In this document: piece after piece, positions 29,926-40,897 of the stretch | Layout: each line of letters starts with the position of its first letter | How positions within the stretch are numbered: the first letter of the stretch is position 1 | Assembly: GCA_963666115.2 (NCBI GenBank) | Contig: CAXXET010000007.1 | Location: 224,001 to 288,000, forward strand | Direction: 5' to 3' | Source: Dehalococcoidia bacterium | GTDB taxonomy: Bacteria; Chloroflexota; Dehalococcoidia; UBA6926 | Length of the DNA stretch: 64,000 nt | The notes under the pieces: generated by a model | The model's database searches: none | Told to the model about the DNA's origin: nothing | Seen by the model: the letters and a program-made list of their open reading frames with translations, nothing else | Made by a program: the position numbers and the translations under genes

Positions 29926-29987
29926 GTTCACCCTTCGACAGGCTCAGGGTGAACTGTCCCGATGGATTCCGGCTTTCGCCGGAATGA
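29926..29987. repeat. Tandem REP-like palindromes (GTTCACCCTTCGACAGGCTCAGGGTGAAC; GATTCCGGCTTTCGCCGGAATGA)
   Basis: Two inverted repeats; the first shares 24 identical nt with 49494-49517, the second is a covariant of 24510-24533. Confidence 0.8.
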
Positions 29988-30015
29988 GGGGAGGATACGC
30001 GCCTGCCCCAGAAGT

Positions 30016-30044
30016 TTGACACGGCATAATGCCCTGCCTACACT
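30016..30044 (+). promoter_or_regulatory. Sigma70-like promoter (TTGACA-17bp-TACACT), copy 2
   Basis: Diverged direct repeat of 29375-29403 with conserved spacing. Confidence 0.65.
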
Positions 30045-30280
30045 GCACATGCTTCCACCCCGCCCGCTGAACACGTCCTGACATTTCGTAGAGCTAGCGA
30101 TGGGACGTTGAGCATGCTGATCGCGCCGTTCACGAGCAGAGCGATTGACGAGGCTGTGGAAGACGTAGCAGCTTGGTTGGGATTCGGCGTGAACATGAGT
30201 TCCTATTTCCGCGTGTTGGGGTGGGAAGACGCACAGGTCATTGAGCAGGTGCAATACATAGGAGGGCCGGGGAGAGGATC

Positions 30281-30772
30281 ATGCCTCTGGAAAACAGGGA
30301 TTACTATCGTGATCTATCGGGTCAAAGGACGCGGCGCGCTTATTCGGAAGAAGAGGATGTACCCCTCGCCGCCGCAGAGGCATTGAATGAGCAGGAGCAA
30401 CTAGACGCGGAGACGCGTCGCTGGGCGAAGGTTTGCCCGAATTGTAAAGGCGCGGGCAAGATGATGGGCGGGCAAGCTCATTATCTGGGTGGTCGGGTTA
30501 TGCCATGCAACGTCTGTGATGGCGCTGGCATTGTGCGGAAGACAGAGGGCGAGCGATCAATGGATGTTGATCCCGTCGCAGTTGCCGAAAAGGAAGAACT
30601 CCGCGAAACCGTCCATGTCTCCCGCAATGCCCCGCCCGTATCCGATCAGCCGAAGGCGCAGGCTGGCAGCGGCAAGCGCGTGATGGTGGCATTCGCGCAA
30701 ATCCTCATGTCCGCTCTCGCGCTCGGGGTACTCTTCTTCGTCGCCATGTATATGGCTTCACAAAGTAGCTAA
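30281..30772 (+). CDS. Hypothetical protein with two CxxCxGxG (DnaJ-type Zn finger) repeats and C-terminal TM
   Basis: CPNCKGAG, CNVCDGAG; hydrophobic C-terminus; GGAGAGG RBS. Confidence 0.75.
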   Translation: MPLENRDYYRDLSGQRTRRAYSEEEDVPLAAAEALNEQEQLDAETRRWAKVCPNCKGAGKMMGGQAHYLGGRVMPCNVCDGAGIVRKTEGERSMDVDPVAVAEKEELRETVHVSRNAPPVSDQPKAQAGSGKRVMVAFAQILMSALALGVLFFVAMYMASQSS

Positions 30773-30808
30773 GGATGCAGATTCTTGAACGACCCTACCC
30801 CGCCTCAA

Positions 30809-32140
30809 TCACTCCCCCGCGTAAATCTCCGTCTCCGGCTTGAAGGCGGCCCAGAGGAACCAGAGGGCGTTGTGGGCGTTGACGGGGGTTAGCTGCTCGC
30901 CGTTTAGTTCACCCTGGTCGGCGGCGCCCAGGAGGGTCCATTGAGTGCCGGTTTCTGTGTCTCGGAAGAATTGCCCCGACGGTTCAAATTCGAGGACGCG
31001 GTCGCCGAGCCGCCTGCTGAACGCGGCGGCGGAGCCGGTGTCATGCGCTTCCGCGATGCTCTCTTCATCCAGCGCGGAACGAGTGCCGGACTTCCAGAAA
31101 ACGACCACCGGCTCGCCGCCAATCTCCGTATTGACGACCTGCGCCTGCCTGAGCCGGGCGAACGGATACGCGATGACGTCACCGCCGATCTCCAGGCCAA
31201 GCACGCGCTCCGTGGGGCTGAGCCGCCCGTCCGGCTGGCCGATGAAAAACTCAGGCGGATTGTTGGGCGAATCATAGCCGAAGTACTGCGAGCCTCCGTA
31301 AACGGACCAGAACTCCGGGCTGCCGCTCGCCGCCGACAAGACCCTGCCATCAGGATACGTGCGGACAAACTCCGCGAAAGACGTGATGTAGGCGGGGATG
31401 TTTTCGAGCCGCCGGCCCGCCGCCTCCCCGACGATGCCTCGCCCCTCCGCCTGCTGCCACCACGATTCTGTGTCATCGTCCCACATCACCGTGTTTGAGA
31501 GCCGCACGTTGCCCGTCGTGCCGAAGTTCAGTTCGACGTCGTCCACCACGCGGCTATAGGCCATTGCCGTGTAGCCCAGCGGAGAATACGCGACCACCAC
31601 CGGCCTGCCGTCGATGACGTCATTCACAATCTCATGGAAGGTCAGGATGCCGAGCGGGTAGGCGCGCGCGTCGCCATTGACCTCCACGACAACGACGGGG
31701 TGATCGGCCGCGAGCCAGTTCAGCATAGCGATGTCGCGGAACGTGTCCTCGAGCGAGCGCATCTGGGGCTGGTAGATGGGTGTGATCCCGTTTCGGCCCG
31801 CGCCTACGGAGATGATCTCGTCCGGGTCTACAGTCCAGCGGCGGAAATCCGTCTCCCGCCACTGGCTAATGTTCACGCTGAGCGGCGGAATCTCCGCATA
31901 GACGTTGACGCCGTCGATGACCTCAAACGAGCCGGCCCCCGGCGTGTTGGTCGTCACGGCGGGCGGCAGCGTGGAACGCGGCGTCGGACTCGCGCCGGGA
32001 ATCAGGCCGCGGTCGCCCGCTGCGGAGGTTCCGTTGCACGCGGCGGCGAGGACGGCAAGGAGGGCGAGCGCGGCGATGATGCTGCCGCGCACGCGCATCC
32101 GTCCCGTTGATTGCGTGAAATGGCGGTGTCGTCTGGTCAT
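30809..32140 (-). CDS. DUF3179 family lipoprotein
   Basis: Lipobox LAAA-C, ARAYPL.ILTFHEIVND, FGTTG, TESWWQQ, WFLWAAFKPET. Confidence 0.88.
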   Translation of the reverse strand: MTRRHRHFTQSTGRMRVRGSIIAALALLAVLAAACNGTSAAGDRGLIPGASPTPRSTLPPAVTTNTPGAGSFEVIDGVNVYAEIPPLSVNISQWRETDFRRWTVDPDEIISVGAGRNGITPIYQPQMRSLEDTFRDIAMLNWLAADHPVVVVEVNGDARAYPLGILTFHEIVNDVIDGRPVVVAYSPLGYTAMAYSRVVDDVELNFGTTGNVRLSNTVMWDDDTESWWQQAEGRGIVGEAAGRRLENIPAYITSFAEFVRTYPDGRVLSAASGSPEFWSVYGGSQYFGYDSPNNPPEFFIGQPDGRLSPTERVLGLEIGGDVIAYPFARLRQAQVVNTEIGGEPVVVFWKSGTRSALDEESIAEAHDTGSAAAFSRRLGDRVLEFEPSGQFFRDTETGTQWTLLGAADQGELNGEQLTPVNAHNALWFLWAAFKPETEIYAGE

Positions 32141-32293
32141 GTCTGCCTATGCGCGTGAACGCGCCGGGGCGCGCCTGTGCAGTATCCAGTATGTCACGGG
32201 GAGAGGCATTGTGAGAGGGCGAGGCCGGATCGGTCGCTTCTCCCGCCCGTTTCGCTTGCGGGAATAGATGGGCGAACGATAGACTTGTCTATT

Positions 32294-33691
32294 GTGACAT
32301 CCACTTCCCAGGGGCTTGTCCTCATCAGCGGCGGGCGGGTCATCGACCCGTGGCAGAATCTGGACGCCACGGGCGACGTTCTACTTCAGGATGGCCGCGT
32401 CGTGTGGACGCGTGTCGGACAGGATGATAGCCCTGACGTTCCCGTAGAAACACAGCAGATCGACGCCGCAGGCATGATCGTCAGCCCCGGGTTTATCGAC
32501 CTGCACGCCCACCTCCGTGAGCCTGGGCAGGAACACAAGGAAACCATTGAGAGCGGCGCGCGGGCAGCGGCGCGCGGCGGGTTCACCACCGTCTGCGCCA
32601 TGCCCAATACAGAGCCGCCCCTCGACTCGCCTGAGCTGATCGAATTCGTGAAACGCACGGCGGCGGCCACAGCGAGCGTCCGCGTGCTGCCCATCGGAAC
32701 GATCACGGTTGGGCGGGCAGGACGGGAGCTTGCGAACCTGGGCGAACTCGCGGCGGCAGGGGCCGTCATGTTGAGCGACGACGGCTCAGCCGTTGCGGAC
32801 GACGAAATCATGCGGGCGGCGCTGCGCGAATCGGCGCGGCTTGGGCTGTCGCTGAGCCAGCACTCCGAGGACCCGGAGGTGATTGGCAGCGCGGTGGCGC
32901 ACGCGGGCGAGGCGGCAGCGGAGCTGGGACTGCCGTCCGCGCCTGCCGAAGCCGAAACGAATGTTGTCGGACGTGATTTGCGGCTGTTGGCAGAGACGGG
33001 AGGGCTTTTGCACGTGGCGCATGCCTCAACGGCCGGCGCGGTTGCGCTGCTGCGCGAGGCGCGGGAGCGCGGCCTGCCGGTAACGTCCGAGGTGACCCCG
33101 CACCACCTGGCGCTCGCAGACCGCGCATTGGTGGGCGAACGAGGGCCACAGCACGGGTGGCCGAACGGCCCTGTCGGTGACACGTCGCTGCGCGTCAATC
33201 CGCCGCTGCGGCCGGAAGAGCATGTGCACGCGCTGGTGGACGCGCTGCGCGAGGGTGTAATCGACGCCGTCGCGACGGATCACGCGCCCCACTCGGCGCA
33301 GGACAAGGCTGGTAAATTTGTGGACGCGGCGCCGGGCATATCCGGCTTCGAGACGGCTTTCGGACTGCTGATGACGGCGCTTGTCCACACGGGGCGGCTG
33401 GATTTGCCAACCCTCATAGCAAGGCTGACCATTGGCCCAGCCGCGATAATCGGCGCGGCTGCCAACACGCTGGGGTTGCGCGGCCTGACGCCGGGCGCGG
33501 CGGCGGACGTTGTCGTGCTCGATCCTGATCGGGCGTGGACGGTCCGGGCGGAGGATTTTTTGTCGCTCGGCAAGAACACCCCGCTTGAGGGATGCGAGTT
33601 GCGCGGGATGGTGACCCACACGTTTGTCGGGGGACGGCTCGTGTACTCGGCTGCGCCGGCATTGGCCGGGCAAGGGGCGGCGCGGTCATGA
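32294..33691 (+). CDS. pyrC: Dihydroorotase
   Basis: PGFIDLHAHLREPG, MPNT, EVTPHH, VNPPLR, ATDHAPH; start revised to GTG 32294. Confidence 0.95.
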   Translation: MTSTSQGLVLISGGRVIDPWQNLDATGDVLLQDGRVVWTRVGQDDSPDVPVETQQIDAAGMIVSPGFIDLHAHLREPGQEHKETIESGARAAARGGFTTVCAMPNTEPPLDSPELIEFVKRTAAATASVRVLPIGTITVGRAGRELANLGELAAAGAVMLSDDGSAVADDEIMRAALRESARLGLSLSQHSEDPEVIGSAVAHAGEAAAELGLPSAPAEAETNVVGRDLRLLAETGGLLHVAHASTAGAVALLREARERGLPVTSEVTPHHLALADRALVGERGPQHGWPNGPVGDTSLRVNPPLRPEEHVHALVDALREGVIDAVATDHAPHSAQDKAGKFVDAAPGISGFETAFGLLMTALVHTGRLDLPTLIARLTIGPAAIIGAAANTLGLRGLTPGAAADVVVLDPDRAWTVRAEDFLSLGKNTPLEGCELRGMVTHTFVGGRLVYSAAPALAGQGAARS

Positions 33692-34809
33692 CGCTCGTCG
33701 GCAGAACCGAAGAGAAAGAGTCGTTTCTCGTCCTAGAGGACGGGAGCGTCCACCGCGGCTACGCATTTGGCGCCGCCGGCGCGGAGGCCATCGGCGAGGT
33801 CGTTTTCAACACGTCGATGGTCGGCTACCAGGAGATGCTGACCGACCCGTCATACGGCGGGCAGATCCTCGTGCCAACGTACCCGTTGCAGGGCAACTAC
33901 GGCATCAATGACCGTGACGTCGAATCCTCGCGGATTCAGGTTCGCGGCTTTGTCGTCCGGGAGGCGTGCGACTTGCCCAGCAACCGGCTCTCGACACGCA
34001 CGCTGGACGATTTCCTGCGGGATGAGGGCGTGCCCGGCATCTATGGGGTGGACACGCGCGCGCTCACGCGCAGAATCCGCATGGCCGGCGTCATGATGGG
34101 CATCATCACCACCGGGGGATCGCCTGAAGAGGCGCTCACGCGGCTCCGTGACGCCCCGGACTACGGCAGTCTTGACCTGGTCAGCGAGGTTATCGCGGCA
34201 TCCTCGTACGAATGGACGGAGGGAACGGGCGAGTTGCCGCCGGACGCGCCGCGCGTCGTCGTGATGGATGAGGGGCTGAAGTACAACATCCTGCGGCTCT
34301 TGCGGCGGCGAGGATGCGCGGTGACTGTGGTCCCCAGCTCAACCCCGCTGGATGACGTAATGGCTCTCCGTCCGTCCGGGGTGCTCCTGTCGCCGGGGCC
34401 GGGTGATCCGGCGCTGTTGGAAGGAGTGGTGCAGACCGCGGGCGGCTTGCTCGGTCGTTTGCCGGTCATGGGCATCTGCCTCGGCCACCAGGTTGTCGCC
34501 CGGGCGTTGGGCGGGCAGACGTACAAGCTGAAGTTTGGACACCGGGGCGGAAATCATCCCGTCAAGGATCTCGCCACGGATCTCGTGACGATCACGGCGC
34601 AGAATCACGGCTACGCGGTAGACTCGGACGGGCTGCCGCCGGGGCTGGAGGTAAGCCACATCAACCTGAACGACCATACGGTTGAGGGGCTGACGCACCG
34701 CGACATGCCGCTGCTGACAATCCAGTATCACTCGGAGGCGTCGCCCGGGCCGCTGGACAACGAGTATCTTTTTGACCGGTTCTTAGACTTGATTCGAGAA
34801 TACAGGTAG
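33688..34809 (+). CDS. carA: Carbamoyl-phosphate synthase small subunit
   Basis: GEVVFNT, LTDPSY, SPGPGDP, GICLGHQ, QNHGY, QYHSEASPGP. Confidence 0.97.
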   Translation: MTLVGRTEEKESFLVLEDGSVHRGYAFGAAGAEAIGEVVFNTSMVGYQEMLTDPSYGGQILVPTYPLQGNYGINDRDVESSRIQVRGFVVREACDLPSNRLSTRTLDDFLRDEGVPGIYGVDTRALTRRIRMAGVMMGIITTGGSPEEALTRLRDAPDYGSLDLVSEVIAASSYEWTEGTGELPPDAPRVVVMDEGLKYNILRLLRRRGCAVTVVPSSTPLDDVMALRPSGVLLSPGPGDPALLEGVVQTAGGLLGRLPVMGICLGHQVVARALGGQTYKLKFGHRGGNHPVKDLATDLVTITAQNHGYAVDSDGLPPGLEVSHINLNDHTVEGLTHRDMPLLTIQYHSEASPGPLDNEYLFDRFLDLIREYR

Positions 34810-34891
34810 GGTATAGTGTCGCGAAGCGCGGGTAAAGCGGAATTGGTTTGCGGACTCTTGTCGCGCGCTGCGGCAGAGGGTCTGGAAGGAG

Positions 34892-35497
34892 GTGTCTATG
34901 GTGCTGGAAATGGAAGCGCCACTGGACCGGGGCATATCGCCCACGCCCACCGAGCCCCAGCGACGGCAGTCGCAGTTGGTGGAGTACGAGATTCTGGACT
35001 CCTACTGGATGCATCACCATCAATGGATGTGGTTGTCCGGCCTTGTGCTGATTGGCCTTTCGATGTTCGGCATGGCCGTGCTGCCCATGGGGCTGGCCGG
35101 TCACGAGCTGCGCACGGAAATCATCAGCTTCGTGTCGGTCATTTCAATAGCGCTCACGCTCATCTGGTGGGGAATGCTGCGGCACATGCTGAATGCGTTA
35201 TCGGTGGTGCAGCATCGCAAGCGGGAGATCGAACGCAACCTCGGAATGAGGATGGAGTTCTACCTCGCGGCATCGCGCGCGCCGCGCAAGCGGGAGCGTA
35301 TCCGCGAGTTCGCGCAGCAGGAGGCGGGGGACGACCCGGAACTGCGGGCGGATCTGTCCGATTTCCTGCGGTCAATGACAGTCCGGCAGAGCTTCCTGCC
35401 CGGCGAGCAGGCAGCGTGGGGAATCATCCCGCTCCTCTTCATGGGCGCGTGGATTCTCTTCTGGGCCATCATGGCCGGCCCGGCACTCTTCGGCTAG
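34892..35497 (+). CDS. Hypothetical 3-TM membrane protein
   Basis: Three hydrophobic segments with a charged coiled region; RBS GGAAGGAGG. Confidence 0.7.
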   Translation: MSMVLEMEAPLDRGISPTPTEPQRRQSQLVEYEILDSYWMHHHQWMWLSGLVLIGLSMFGMAVLPMGLAGHELRTEIISFVSVISIALTLIWWGMLRHMLNALSVVQHRKREIERNLGMRMEFYLAASRAPRKRERIREFAQQEAGDDPELRADLSDFLRSMTVRQSFLPGEQAAWGIIPLLFMGAWILFWAIMAGPALFG

Positions 35498-35603
35498 GGC
35501 CAAGCGCTAACCGTACACACACGCCGCGCGTCCCGGTTCACCATGCCGGGGCACGTGGCTTTGTGTCTCCGGCGCTCCCGGTGGTTCAGCGCGGGAGGGC
35601 GGC

Positions 35604-38600
35604 ATGACGACCGCGCCGGAACGCCCATCCCGCGTGCTCGTGCTCGGCAGCGGCCCAATCGTCATCGGCCAGGCCGCCGAGTTTGATTACGCGGGCACGC
35701 AGGCCTGCCGCGCGCTCCGCGAAGAGGGTGTCACGTCCATCCTCGTCAACTCCAACCCCGCCACGATCATGACCGACCACGAAATCGCAGACGTAGTCTA
35801 CATCGAACCGCTGACCGTCGAGGCAGTGACACGTGTCATCGAACGGGAGCAGCCCGACGGGCTGCTGCCAACGCTCGGCGGGCAGACCGGCCTCAATCTC
35901 GCCGTTGACCTGGCGGAGGCGGGAGTCCTTGAGAAGTACAACGTCCGTCTTCTTGGGACGCCACTGGATGCGATACGCACTGCGGAGGACCGCAACCTCT
36001 TCCGGCAAATGCTGGACAAGATCGGCGAGCCCGTGCCGGAGAACGAAGTCGTCACGACGGTCGAGGACGCCCGACGGGTGGCAGAACGCCTCGGCCTGCC
36101 CGTGGTGATCCGCCCCGCGTACACGCTCGGCGGCACGGGCGGCGGAATTGCGTACACCCCGGAGCAACTTGATGAGCAGGTCCGCACCGGACTCTCGTAC
36201 AGCCCCATCGGTCAGGTGCTGGTTGAACGCAGCCTGATCGGCTGGAAAGAGATCGAATACGAGGTCATGCGCGACAGCGCGGATACGACCATCACCGTCT
36301 GCAACATGGAGAACCTGGACGCGATGGGCGTTCACACCGGCGACAGCATCGTCGTCGCGCCCAGCCAGACGTTGACGGACAAGGAGTACCAGATGCTCCG
36401 CTCCGCCAGCCTGAAGATCATTTCCGCGTTGGGGATCGAGGGCGGCTGCAACGTCCAGCTTGCGCTGGAGCCACACCCGACGGTGGCCGGCAATGGGCAG
36501 AATGCGGGCTATTCCGAATCACCCTATTACGTGATTGAGGTGAACCCGCGCGTCAGTCGCTCCTCCGCGCTGGCGTCCAAGGCAACCGGCTATCCCATCG
36601 CGCGCGTGGCAGCCAAGATCGCTGTGGGCAAGCGGCTGGACGAGATTCCCAACGCGGTCACGCAGGTCACCACCGCCGCATTTGAACCGGCGCTCGATTA
36701 TTGCGTGGCCAAGATTCCGCGCTGGCCGTTCGACAAGTTCCCGTCCGGCGACCGCTCATTGGGGACGCAGATGAAGGCCACCGGCGAGGTGATGGCCATC
36801 GACCGCTCGTTTGAGGCCGCGCTGCAAAAGGCCGTGCGGTCACTCGAAGTGGCAGGGGACAGCCTGCTATGGGAGCACGGCTCATGGAGCGCAGTTGCCG
36901 ACCCTCTCGAAGAACTGCCGCTCCACCCGAATGACCAGAGGTTGTGGGCGCTGATGGCCGCGCTGCGCCGCGGCGTTTCGCTTGAGGACCTGTCCGTCAA
37001 GACCGGTGTTGACCCGTGGTTCCTGTACAAGCTGAATGCCATTGTCGGCATGGAGAACAAGCTGCTGGCGGAGCCGCTGACGCCGCGCCTGCTGCGTGAC
37101 GCAAAACGCATCGGATTCTCCGACACACAAATCAGCACGCTGGCGGACCGGCTCCCGGAGCAGGTGCATGAACTGCGGCAGGAATGGGACATCCGCCCCG
37201 TGTACAAGATGGTGGACACGTGCGCGGCGGAGTTTGAGGCGGCCACGCCTTATTTCTACTCGACGTACGAGGAGGAGAACGAAGCCCTGCCGCTGGAGGG
37301 ACGCTCAGCGGTCGTCATCGGCAGCGGGCCAATCCGCATCGGGCAGGGAATCGAGTTCGACTACTGCTCCGTTCACGCCGCCTGGGCTTTGCAGGATGAG
37401 GGCGCGGCCAGCATCATCATCAATTCCAACCCGGAAACAGTGTCAACTGACTTCGACACGTCCAGCCGCCTCTATTTTGAGCCGCTTGACGAGGAGGGCG
37501 TCGCCTGCGTCCTGGAGAACGAGCGCGTCATGCAGGGAGAACAGGAGGTGTTCCCCCGCACGGCAGCGCAATTCGGAGGGCAGACGGCCATCAATTTGAT
37601 CAGCCCGTTGAGCAGGCGCGCCTTTACGATCCTGGGCACTCAACCGGCGACCGTCGATCAGGCAGAAGACCGCCAACGGTTCGACGAATTCGTCACCACG
37701 CTCGGCATCCCGCGCCCACCCGGCGCCGGCGTGACGTCCATCGAGGAGGGGCTGGCCGTTGCCAACTCCATCGGCTATCCGATTGTCGTGCGGCCGAGTT
37801 TCGTGCTCGGGGGCCGCGCAATGGAGATCGTCCACACGCCGGCGGAGTTCACCCGCTACGTGATGACCGCCATGGAGGAGGTCGGGGATAACCGCCCAAT
37901 CCAGGTGGACAAGTTCCTGGAGGGCATGGAGGTGGAGGTGGATGCCGTCAGCGACGGCGAGGACGTGCTGATTCCCGGGATCATGGAGCACATCGAGCGG
38001 GCAGGCGTCCACAGCGGGGATTCCATGGCCGTCTACCCCGCCCCCTCGTTGTCGGAGGGCGATGAGCGGCAAATCGTCGACTATACGATCCAGCTTGGCC
38101 GCGCGTTCGGCATCATCGGCCTGATGAACATCCAGTTCGTCGTTGTCCAGAACGAGAACCAGGACGGGACGCCCGCGCCGTCCACCGTCTATGTGCTTGA
38201 GGTCAACGTTCGCTCCAGCCGGACGGTGCCGTTCATCTCCAAGGTGACGGAGGTGCCGATGGTCAGTCTCGCAACGCGCGTCATCATGGGGCGCACGCTC
38301 AAGGAGATGGGCCATGGGAGCGGGCTGTGGCCGAAAAAGCCGCTCGTGGCAGTCAAAGCGCCAGTCTCGTCCATGTCCAAGCTGATGGGCGTCGATACGT
38401 ACCTTGGACCTGAGATGAAATCCACGGGCGAGGTCATGGGCATCGACACTTCTCTCGCCCCTGCGCTGACAAAGGCGTTGCAGGCGGCGCGGCTCATGCT
38501 GCCGCACTCCGGCGGCATCCTCATCAGCGTGTCCGACCGCGACAAGACGGAGACGGTGCCGATTGCCCGCCGCCTGGCCGCGCACGGCTACGAAGTCTAC

Positions 38601-38948
38601 GCAACGGAGGGCACCGCAACAATCCTGCGCGCCGTGGGCATTGAGGTTGCAGGCGTCCCCGCCAAAGTCAGCGAGGGCGGCGACGGCTCGGGCACGACCA
38701 CTGATCTAATCCGGGACGGCCGCGTGCATGCCGTCGTCAACACCATGTCCGGCAACCGCGTGCCCTTGAGAGACGGCTTTGAGATCCGCAGAGCCGCCAC
38801 GGAGCAGGGCATTCCCTGCTATACGAGCCTGGACACGTTCCGGGTTGCCGTCGATTCCGTGACGGGCGGCGCGGAGGCGGGCGAGTACAGCATCATGCGC
38901 CTCGATGAATATGTAAACGGCGGGCCTGCGGAGACTCACGGCGCATGA
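35604..38948 (+). CDS. carB: Carbamoyl-phosphate synthase large subunit
   Basis: [17 protein letters not shown], duplicated ATP-grasp halves, C-terminal MGS domain. Confidence 0.98.
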   Translation: MTTAPERPSRVLVLGSGPIVIGQAAEFDYAGTQACRALREEGVTSILVNSNPATIMTDHEIADVVYIEPLTVEAVTRVIEREQPDGLLPTLGGQTGLNLAVDLAEAGVLEKYNVRLLGTPLDAIRTAEDRNLFRQMLDKIGEPVPENEVVTTVEDARRVAERLGLPVVIRPAYTLGGTGGGIAYTPEQLDEQVRTGLSYSPIGQVLVERSLIGWKEIEYEVMRDSADTTITVCNMENLDAMGVHTGDSIVVAPSQTLTDKEYQMLRSASLKIISALGIEGGCNVQLALEPHPTVAGNGQNAGYSESPYYVIEVNPRVSRSSALASKATGYPIARVAAKIAVGKRLDEIPNAVTQVTTAAFEPALDYCVAKIPRWPFDKFPSGDRSLGTQMKATGEVMAIDRSFEAALQKAVRSLEVAGDSLLWEHGSWSAVADPLEELPLHPNDQRLWALMAALRRGVSLEDLSVKTGVDPWFLYKLNAIVGMENKLLAEPLTPRLLRDAKRIGFSDTQISTLADRLPEQVHELRQEWDIRPVYKMVDTCAAEFEAATPYFYSTYEEENEALPLEGRSAVVIGSGPIRIGQGIEFDYCSVHAAWALQDEGAASIIINSNPETVSTDFDTSSRLYFEPLDEEGVACVLENERVMQGEQEVFPRTAAQFGGQTAINLISPLSRRAFTILGTQPATVDQAEDRQRFDEFVTTLGIPRPPGAGVTSIEEGLAVANSIGYPIVVRPSFVLGGRAMEIVHTPAEFTRYVMTAMEEVGDNRPIQVDKFLEGMEVEVDAVSDGEDVLIPGIMEHIERAGVHSGDSMAVYPAPSLSEGDERQIVDYTIQLGRAFGIIGLMNIQFVVVQNENQDGTPAPSTVYVLEVNVRSSRTVPFISKVTEVPMVSLATRVIMGRTLKEMGHGSGLWPKKPLVAVKAPVSSMSKLMGVDTYLGPEMKSTGEVMGIDTSLAPALTKALQAARLMLPHSGGILISVSDRDKTETVPIARRLAAHGYEVYATEGTATILRAVGIEVAGVPAKVSEGGDGSGTTTDLIRDGRVHAVVNTMSGNRVPLRDGFEIRRAATEQGIPCYTSLDTFRVAVDSVTGGAEAGEYSIMRLDEYVNGGPAETHGA

Positions 38949-39766
38949 ACACCGTCTTCGTCCCGGCGGAGCATCGCGCCCGGATAATCGGGGTGGAGGA
39001 GGTGGCGCAGGAAATGTTCCTGCTGCGCCTCCATGCGCCGGATCTGGCGGCGTCCGCGAAACCGGGTCAATTCGTGATGGCGCGCGCAACGGACAGCCCG
39101 GCCGGGAGCTACCTGCCCTATCTCCATCGCCCGCTCGCCCTGCACGGCATCCGACCGTCCGAGGGCGAGGTCTCCCTGCTCTTCCAGGTCATCGGCATCG
39201 GCACGCGCAATCTCTCACTCGCTCGGAGCGACCGCCACCTGGACGTGTTGGGTCCCCTGGGAAAGCCGGTCACGCTTCCCGAGGACGCGCGGCACATCGC
39301 CTTCGTGGCGGGCGGTCTTGGCATCGCGTCCCTGACGGCGCTCATCGACGAAGCGCTGGAACACGGCTCGCGGGTCACACTGCTGGCAGGCGCGCGGACG
39401 GCGTGGCGGCTCTACCCCTCACGCCTGCTCCCGGACACAGTGCGGGAGATGACGGCGACGGACGACGGATCAGCCGGCGTGCGCGCCCCCGTCACCCATC
39501 TTTTGCAGCAAGTTCAGCATGAGGCGGACCTAGTAGTCGCCTGCGGTCCGACGCCGATGCTGGCAGCCCTGGCCAGGATGCGCGCCGATGCGCTGCTGGC
39601 CGCACCGACAATCCTGTTGCTGGAATCACGCATGGCCTGCGGTTTCGGAATATGCCACAGCTGCGTTGTCACCACTTACGAAGGATCCCGGCTCATCTGC
39701 ATGGACGGCCCGGCGTTTGACTTGGACGAGGTTGACTGGGACGCGCAACCAGCAGAGGGCAGTTAA
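38945..39766 (+). CDS. pyrK: Dihydroorotate dehydrogenase electron transfer subunit
   Basis: [34 protein letters not shown]...CMDGP. Confidence 0.9.
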   Translation: MNTVFVPAEHRARIIGVEEVAQEMFLLRLHAPDLAASAKPGQFVMARATDSPAGSYLPYLHRPLALHGIRPSEGEVSLLFQVIGIGTRNLSLARSDRHLDVLGPLGKPVTLPEDARHIAFVAGGLGIASLTALIDEALEHGSRVTLLAGARTAWRLYPSRLLPDTVREMTATDDGSAGVRAPVTHLLQQVQHEADLVVACGPTPMLAALARMRADALLAAPTILLLESRMACGFGICHSCVVTTYEGSRLICMDGPAFDLDEVDWDAQPAEGS

Positions 39767-39767
39767 G

Positions 39768-40787
39768 CTAGCGCACCGGCAACTCGACGGTCGCGTTCCC
39801 ATTGACGCACGGCCTGCCTCCGTTGCCCTCGCTCCATAGCTCAAGCGCGACGAGGGCCGCGCCGCCATCGTCGCGCCATTTCCGTGAGACGCGGCCGTAG
39901 TGCATGATTGTCTCGCCGATGAACTCCGGGGAGCGAACTTCTCCGCGAAAGCACCGCAGGATGCCGCGCCGCCCCATCCATCGTGTCGCCGTTTGGCACA
40001 GCATGTCCCCCGAAAGATCACCCTGGGCAATCCGCTCCGGCAGGCCCTCCACCTGGGCATAGGCGCGGTCGTAGTGAATCAAATGGCTATTCGTCTTGAC
40101 GAGGCCGTAGAAAAAGACCTGAACGGTTGAGATGAAACGTGGCAGCGGTGTTAGCTCGTCGCCCTCGTGAACGTCATCCCATACCGGCTCGTCTGTCCAC
40201 TGCGGCGGCTCGGCGGGCCGCGCCTGCGCGCCATCCCCAAGTTCGAGCATGCCCCATTCACGCCCTGCGCCATCCTGCGATGACGGCTGCAGCACGATGG
40301 CCGTCGTGGTGCGGTCGATCATCACCGTGCGCCCATGCTGGTTCGTGATAGTCATTTCCTTGGTGGTGAAGATCATTGTACCCGAGCGTCCCTGCTTCTC
40401 CTCAACGTCCGTGACCGTTGATTGGCGCGTCAGCACGTCGCCCGGCCTGATGGGCTCAATAAGAGTCACGTCCGTGCCGGTGTACCGCGACTGCACGCCG
40501 GGGATACGCAGTTGGAGGGGGTCATTGCGCGTATCCGGGAGGCCGTCAGGACGCAAGTCGGCGATGGCCGTCGGCGGGAAGTTGGTGAAGCCGGTGAACA
40601 GCGGTGGCGCAACAATGCCGCCGTAAGGACCGTCTTTGGAGCGCTCCGCGTCAACATACGAAGGGCGCACGTCATCAACGGCGTAGGCATAGCGGGCAAT
40701 CTCATCAAAGGTGACGGGCGGCCGTGTCTCCGGCTCGGATGTCCGTCCGAGCAACTCCCGCGTTGCTTGCAGCGCCTTGCTTGTCAT
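39768..40787 (-). CDS. Double hot-dog MaoC-family dehydratase
   Basis: YGGIVAPP, PIRPGD.L, KQGRSG, IHYD.AYA..EGLP. Confidence 0.87.
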   Translation of the reverse strand: MTSKALQATRELLGRTSEPETRPPVTFDEIARYAYAVDDVRPSYVDAERSKDGPYGGIVAPPLFTGFTNFPPTAIADLRPDGLPDTRNDPLQLRIPGVQSRYTGTDVTLIEPIRPGDVLTRQSTVTDVEEKQGRSGTMIFTTKEMTITNQHGRTVMIDRTTTAIVLQPSSQDGAGREWGMLELGDGAQARPAEPPQWTDEPVWDDVHEGDELTPLPRFISTVQVFFYGLVKTNSHLIHYDRAYAQVEGLPERIAQGDLSGDMLCQTATRWMGRRGILRCFRGEVRSPEFIGETIMHYGRVSRKWRDDGGAALVALELWSEGNGGRPCVNGNATVELPVR

Positions 40788-40897
40788 ATGTGTCCGCCTC
40801 GATGACTTCTGTGAGTACCAAGCAAGGATACGCCACCTTCATGTTCATGCTGTCAAAGCGTTGCGTGAATCACGGCAAAGATGGCACAGTGAGCGCC

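Noticed and set aside
32141-32293. PyrR attenuator upstream of pyrC
   Set aside because: No PyrR-binding loop consensus or U-tract terminator seen
7671-39766. Absence of purN, argC, pyrB and pyrD from the clusters as pathway loss
   Set aside because: The genes may lie elsewhere; cannot be judged from one window
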